The position numbers and the translations under genes are program-made. Shown here piece after piece: positions 58,905 through 64,000 of a DNA stretch of 64,000 bases (positions are counted from its first letter, which is position 1; each line of letters opens with the position of its first letter). The stretch lies in NCBI GenBank assembly GCA_004295015.1, contig SHNE01000026.1, positions 8,675-72,674 of the forward strand, in the 5' to 3' direction. The notes under the pieces were generated by a model, which ran no database searches, was not told the origin of the DNA, and saw only the letters and a program-made list of their open reading frames with translations. Source of the DNA: Bacteroidota bacterium. GTDB lineage: Bacteria > Bacteroidota > Bacteroidia > AKYH767-A > 2013-40CM-41-45.

Positions 58905-60386
58905 TTAAAAAGAAAGTAGAAATTCCCTTGAATTACGGATTTCTGTGTATAATACTTTATCCTTTTTCATGAATGGCACCTCTTTTCTGAAGGCTTCTAT
59001 AAACTCCTCCACCATGGAAGAACTTTTTAAAGGACGTCTGAATTCCAAGCCTTGAGCTGCTGTCATCAATTCTATAGCCAGAATTGTAAAAACATTCTCA
59101 ACAACTTTGTACAATTTTGTGGCCGCATTAGCTCCCATACTGACATGATCTTCCTGCCCGTTTGAAGATACAATTGAATCAACGGATGCAGGACTGCATA
59201 ACTGCTTATTCTGACTTACAATGGAAGCAGCAGTATATTGCGGAATCATAAAACCGGAATTAAGTCCGGGGTCAGAAACTAAAAATGGAGGGAGTCCTCT
59301 GCTTCCTGAGATAAGCTGATATGTTCTACGCTCTGAAATATTTCCCAATTCAGAAATTGCAATTGCAAGAAAATCCATAGCCAACGCAAGCGGCTGACCG
59401 TGAAAATTTCCTGCAGAAATAATTTTATCTTCTTTTGGAAATAATGTAGGATTGTCGGTCACCGAATTTATTTCTGTGAGAAAAACATTGGCTGCATAAT
59501 TAATTGCATCACGCGAAGCACCATGAACCTGAGGAATACAACGGAAGGAATAAGGATCCTGAACATGTGCTTTCTTCCGCTTGATCAGTTCGCTACCTTT
59601 CAAAATACTCCGGATATTCTCCGCTACATCAACTTGTCCTTGATGGGGTCTGATCTTATGTATCAAACTGTCAAAAGGCTCTGAACGACCATCAAATGCT
59701 TCCAGTGATATTGCTCCGATAAAATCAGAAAGCGATGCAAGCTGATAGCTTCTATTTAAGGCATGAACTCCGTACGCTGACATAAATTGCGTTCCATTCA
59801 ATAGAGCCAACCCTTCCTTCGATTGTAATTCTATAGGCTTCCAATTTAATTTCTTGAGAACCGCTTTGGCCGGCTGTACTTTATTCTGATAAAAGACTTC
59901 GCCTTCACCTATAAGTGGTAAACACAAATGTGCCAAAGGTGCCAAATCACCTGAGGCACCTAGAGACCCTTGCTGATAAACAATTGGAATCACATTCTCA
60001 TTGAACATGTCAATGAGACGATTTACAGTCTGCAATTGCACACCCGAATTACCGTATGATAATCCCTGGATTTTCAGCAACAACATTATTTTTACAATAT
60101 CGAGTGGTACTTCTTCTCCTGCCCCACATGCATGAGACATCACAAGATTCTTCTGCAATTGTGAAAGGTCAGATTCAGAAACAGATTTATCATACAAGGA
60201 ACCGAAACCGGTATTGATACCATAAATTGGCTCCTTATGCTTTTTTAATTTCTGGTCAAGGTAATTTCTTCCTTCCTGAATGGATTTCTTAGATTCATCA
60301 GACAATACTAATTTTTGATCTTCCTGTAAGATGCTTTCTATAGTTTCGAAGTCAAGTCCGGCAGAGGATATTTTATATTGGCTCAT
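58905..60386 (-). CDS. hutH: Histidine ammonia-lyase
   Basis: 493 aa. GSLGASGDLAPLAH contains the Ala-Ser-Gly triad that forms the MIO cofactor. The remainder matches the aromatic amino acid lyase fold. Confidence 0.9.
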   Translation of the reverse strand: MSQYKISSAGLDFETIESILQEDQKLVLSDESKKSIQEGRNYLDQKLKKHKEPIYGINTGFGSLYDKSVSESDLSQLQKNLVMSHACGAGEEVPLDIVKIMLLLKIQGLSYGNSGVQLQTVNRLIDMFNENVIPIVYQQGSLGASGDLAPLAHLCLPLIGEGEVFYQNKVQPAKAVLKKLNWKPIELQSKEGLALLNGTQFMSAYGVHALNRSYQLASLSDFIGAISLEAFDGRSEPFDSLIHKIRPHQGQVDVAENIRSILKGSELIKRKKAHVQDPYSFRCIPQVHGASRDAINYAANVFLTEINSVTDNPTLFPKEDKIISAGNFHGQPLALAMDFLAIAISELGNISERRTYQLISGSRGLPPFLVSDPGLNSGFMIPQYTAASIVSQNKQLCSPASVDSIVSSNGQEDHVSMGANAATKLYKVVENVFTILAIELMTAAQGLEFRRPLKSSSMVEEFIEAFRKEVPFMKKDKVLYTEIRNSREFLLSF

Positions 60387-60401
60387 AATGAAAGAATAAA
60401 T

Positions 60402-61754
60402 TTACTTCAGGATATGTAATAATTCGTTCAGACTTACAATGGATTGCTCACCTGATTTCATATTTTTTATTGCTATTTCACCTCTTGTCATCTCGTCCAT
60501 GCCAATGAGTGCGACATAAGGAATCTTCTTAGCATCTGCATAGGACATTTGCTTTTTCATTTTGGCGGCATCAGGGTATAATTCCGCAGCAATTCCATCG
60601 TCTCTGAGTTGATTAACAATCCTGAGGCAGTGCATTGCCTCATCCATTCCAAAATTCACGAACAAAATTCGGGTAGTCCCCCCGCTAAAATCAGGGTAAC
60701 CATTTACCTCATCCAGCACATCACAAATTCTGTCTGCACCAAAAGAAATACCTACTCCTGACACGTTAGGTAAACCAAATATCCCTGTAAGATCATCATA
60801 GCGTCCGCCCCCGCAAATACTGCTTGTAAATGAAGATCGCTTATCATGAGTCTTCACTTCGATAATTGCTCCGGTATAATAATTCAGCCCCCTGGCAAGG
60901 GAGATGTCGAGTTCAGGTAGTTTAAAATCAGGATCAATTTTCTTAAGGATGTTAAATATCAGTTCCATCTCCTCAATTCCTTTCATTCCGATTTGAGAAC
61001 CTTGCAGAAACTTCTTCAATGCTTCAAGCTTTTCTGCATTGCTTCCATGGAGAAGCAGAAGTGGTTGAATTTTATCAATTGCTTTCTGACTTATCCCTTT
61101 ACTAATTAATTCTTCATTCACTTTATCCTGCCCTATCTTATCTAGCTTGTCAAGTGCAACGGTGATATCAATAAGTTTATCCGGAGCTTCAATCACCTCA
61201 GCGATACCTGCCAATATTTTTCGATTATTCAATTTAATCGTAATACCAATGATAAGTGTTCGAAATACCTCATCAATAATCCGGATTAACTCTACTTCAT
61301 TAAAAAGCGATGTGCTTCCGATCACATCAGCATCACATTGATAGAATTCCCGGTATCTTCCTTTTTGTGGACGATCTGCTCTCCAAACCGGTTGAATCTG
61401 ATAGCGTCGAAAGGGAAAGGTTATTTCATTCTGATGCATCACCACATAACGGGCGAAAGGCACAGTGAGATCATAGCGTAATCCTTTTTCTGTAATATCT
61501 GACTGACGAATTGAATCCTGCTTCTCCCGAATCTGATCGATGACAGGACCGGAATTTAATATTCGAAACAATAGTTTATCACCTTCTTCGCCATATTTAC
61601 CTTCAAGAGTACTGAGATTCTCCATAGATGGAGTCTCAATTTCCTCGAAACCGAATTTCCGGAAGACGACCTTGATCACATCAAAAACGTGATTACGACG
61701 GATCATTTCCGCCGGTGAAAAATCTCTGGTACCCTTGGGAATTCCTGGTTTCAT
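60402..61754 (-). CDS. hisS: Histidine--tRNA ligase
   Basis: 450 aa. Class II motifs are present ([44 protein letters not shown]), together with a C-terminal anticodon-binding domain. Confidence 0.95.
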   Translation of the reverse strand: MKPGIPKGTRDFSPAEMIRRNHVFDVIKVVFRKFGFEEIETPSMENLSTLEGKYGEEGDKLLFRILNSGPVIDQIREKQDSIRQSDITEKGLRYDLTVPFARYVVMHQNEITFPFRRYQIQPVWRADRPQKGRYREFYQCDADVIGSTSLFNEVELIRIIDEVFRTLIIGITIKLNNRKILAGIAEVIEAPDKLIDITVALDKLDKIGQDKVNEELISKGISQKAIDKIQPLLLLHGSNAEKLEALKKFLQGSQIGMKGIEEMELIFNILKKIDPDFKLPELDISLARGLNYYTGAIIEVKTHDKRSSFTSSICGGGRYDDLTGIFGLPNVSGVGISFGADRICDVLDEVNGYPDFSGGTTRILFVNFGMDEAMHCLRIVNQLRDDGIAAELYPDAAKMKKQMSYADAKKIPYVALIGMDEMTRGEIAIKNMKSGEQSIVSLNELLHILK

Positions 61755-61833
61755 TAATTATGAAATACGCTGAAATTAATAATGATCAATTTTTCAGGAC
61801 TTGTCAAAATCCCTGAAATAAACTGCTTTAAAA

Positions 61834-63510
61834 TTACCTCACGAGATTTTTGTATCGAATACGATGAGGCTGCGTGTCTCCAAGTCTTTGTTTCTTGTTC
61901 TCTTCATATTCTGAGAAGTTTCCATCAAAGAAATAAACCTGAGAATCACCTTCAAAGGCAAGTATATGAGTCGCCACCCGATCCAGGAACCAACGATCGT
62001 GGGAAATAATTACTGCACAGCCTGCAAAATTTTCAATCCCTTCTTCAAGCGCACGCAATGTATTAATATCGATATCATTTGTCGGCTCGTCAAGCAGAAG
62101 AACATTCGAACCTTCACGAAGAGCAATGGCCAGGTGAACACGATTTCTTTCTCCGCCTGATAAAACTTCGAGTTTCTTACTTTGGTCTGTGCCATTAAAG
62201 TTAAAACGGGATACATATGCTCTCGAGTTCAATTGCCGGCCTACCACCATCATTGAATCTGTACCTCCGGAAATAATTTCATACACAGATTTTCCGGGAG
62301 TTAAGTCATCGTGCGACTGATCTACATAAGCTGTCTTTACTGTCTCTCCGATTTTTATTGTACCGGAATCGGGTTTTTCCTGACCCATGATCATTCTGAA
62401 CAAGGTAGTTTTACCCGCACCATTTGGGCCAATAACACCAACGATTCCGGCAGGAGGTAATGAGAATGTCAGATTTTCAAATAATAATTTATCACCATAT
62501 GCCTTAGTCACATTACCAAAATCAATAACGACAGATCCCAGACGAGGCCCCGGTGGAATGAAGAGCTCCAATTTTTCTTCGCGCTCACGTCCATCTTCAC
62601 TCACCATTTTATCATAGGCTTGCAACCTTGCTTTAGATTTTGCATGACGGCCCTTTGGAGACATTCTTACCCATTCCAACTCACGTTGCAAGGTCTTCTG
62701 TCTCTTGCTTTCTGTTTTTTCTTCTTGTGCGAGACGATTTGACTTTTGTTCTAACCAGGAAGAATAATTTCCTTTCCATGGAATACCTTCTCCACGATCA
62801 AGTTCCAATATCCAACCTGCAACATTGTCGAGAAAATACCTATCGTGCGTTACTGCGATTACCGTTCCCTTGTATTGCTTTAGATGTTGCTCAAGCCAAA
62901 GTACGGATTCCGCATCAAGGTGATTGGTTGGCTCATCGAGCAAAAGAATCTCCGGCTCTTGAAGAAGTAAACGGCACAATGCAATTCTTCGTTTCTCACC
63001 TCCGGATAAATTGGCAACAGATGCCTCAGGATCCGGACAACGAAGAGCGTCCATGGCAATTTCAATTTTATTGTCGATCTCCCATCCCTCGGCTGCATCG
63101 ATTGCATCCTGAACTTTTCCCTGACGATCGATGAGTTTGTTCATTTCTTCATCACTCATCGGCTCGGCGAATTTATTGTTGATCTCTTCAAATTCCTTCA
63201 GCAAGTCAACAACCTTTTGTGCACCCTCCATGACAATTTCACGAGCGGTTTTTGTCGGATCCAAATCCGGTTCCTGAGACAAATAACCAACTGCGTAGCC
63301 CGGAGAAAATACCACTTCACCCTGAAATGATTTTTCCAATCCGGCAATAATTTTCATCAATGTGGATTTACCTGCTCCGTTCAATCCCAGGATTCCAATT
63401 TTGGCCCCGTAGTAGAAGGAGAGATATATGTTTTTTAAAACCTGCTTACCGGGTGAAAATGTCTTGCTGACACCCACCATTGAAAATATGACTTTCTTAT
63501 CGTCTGACAT
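61834..63510 (-). CDS. ettA: ABC-F ATPase, energy-dependent translational throttle protein EttA
   Basis: 558 aa with two ABC cassettes. It aligns closely with E. coli EttA throughout ([48 protein letters not shown]…). It is soluble, with no TM domains. Confidence 0.9.
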   Translation of the reverse strand: MSDDKKVIFSMVGVSKTFSPGKQVLKNIYLSFYYGAKIGILGLNGAGKSTLMKIIAGLEKSFQGEVVFSPGYAVGYLSQEPDLDPTKTAREIVMEGAQKVVDLLKEFEEINNKFAEPMSDEEMNKLIDRQGKVQDAIDAAEGWEIDNKIEIAMDALRCPDPEASVANLSGGEKRRIALCRLLLQEPEILLLDEPTNHLDAESVLWLEQHLKQYKGTVIAVTHDRYFLDNVAGWILELDRGEGIPWKGNYSSWLEQKSNRLAQEEKTESKRQKTLQRELEWVRMSPKGRHAKSKARLQAYDKMVSEDGREREEKLELFIPPGPRLGSVVIDFGNVTKAYGDKLLFENLTFSLPPAGIVGVIGPNGAGKTTLFRMIMGQEKPDSGTIKIGETVKTAYVDQSHDDLTPGKSVYEIISGGTDSMMVVGRQLNSRAYVSRFNFNGTDQSKKLEVLSGGERNRVHLAIALREGSNVLLLDEPTNDIDINTLRALEEGIENFAGCAVIISHDRWFLDRVATHILAFEGDSQVYFFDGNFSEYEENKKQRLGDTQPHRIRYKNLVR

Positions 63511-63777
63511 GGATTAATTATTTTGTGTTTTACTTTTTTGCTGTAGCGCACCCAGAACATCGAGGTAATCTGCTAGTTTTCAATACTATACACTCACACA
63601 TTAATAGTTTGAATTACCTTCGATGGATCTATATGACCGAATGCAAATTTCGCAAAATTGTTCAATAAAACAGCATAGAATTGACTCAAAAACAGATCCT
63701 TTTATTGAAGAGGCTTGCAACAAAAAGTCCAAATTTCAGTATTAGTAGGGATTATTGATTCCTGAACAAAGTCAGCC

Positions 63778-64000
63778 ATGAAAATCCAAAAATTAAGTCT
63801 CCTTTTTCTTCTCTGTTTTAGCATTAACAGTATTGCTCAAAATTCTCACAAACTGAATTTTGATTTACAAAAGAAACTTTCGATTGCCAGACATGCAGAT
63901 TATGAAATAGCATTATTTGTAAAAGGAAATGTTGATGATATACGAAGAGAAACCGAAGCCCTGGGAGGTTTTTTCAAATATGCTGCAGGAGATATTGCAG
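63778..64000 (+). CDS. 5' end of a secreted protein (signal peptide MKIQKLSLLFLLCFSINSIAQ), truncated by the window edge
   Basis: The ORF is open from the ATG at 63778 to the end of the window. Only 74 aa are visible, so the family cannot be assigned. Confidence 0.3.
   Translation, partial: MKIQKLSLLFLLCFSINSIAQNSHKLNFDLQKKLSIARHADYEIALFVKGNVDDIRRETEALGGFFKYAAGDIA

Overview
This is a low-GC (roughly 38%) chromosomal window that looks like Bacteroidota. Several proteins end in T9SS type A or type B (gliding-motility-associated) C-terminal sorting domains, and that is the basis for the assignment. Housekeeping genes (carB, rsmG, tgt, valS, efp, hisS, ettA, and an rpmH gene the ORF track missed at 11858..12013 on the minus strand) are interleaved with three other kinds of content. 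First, a glycoconjugate or lipid-modification cluster sits at the 5' end: an AsnB-like amidotransferase, a PIG-L deacetylase, an LpxD-like N-acyltransferase, a GT4 glycosyltransferase and a YfhO-like membrane protein. Second, eight T9SS cargo proteins are present. They include a PHM/DBH-like copper monooxygenase carrying an N-terminal CxxCH motif, a PQQ sugar dehydrogenase, a CotH kinase with two lamin-tail domains, a Pmp-repeat beta-helix protein, a pectate-lyase-fold protein and two giant type B adhesin-like proteins. Third, a fused IcmF-type B12 acyl-CoA mutase sits next to an SDR. Three features stand out as most unusual. The first is a structured repeat family with 17-bp terminal inverted repeats (gccacgaatgcacgaat). 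It occurs as a solo copy after tgt, as a tandem array of about 3.8 units of 158 bp between a GxxExxY (PD-(D/E)XK-like) gene and an lptF/lptG-family gene, and as a third solo copy about 35 kb away. The second is an aldehyde dehydrogenase gene interrupted by a single in-frame TGA. The third is the decayed remnant of an ORF6N-domain gene whose intact paralogue lies 30 kb upstream. No CRISPR array, transposase, rRNA or tRNA was recognised.
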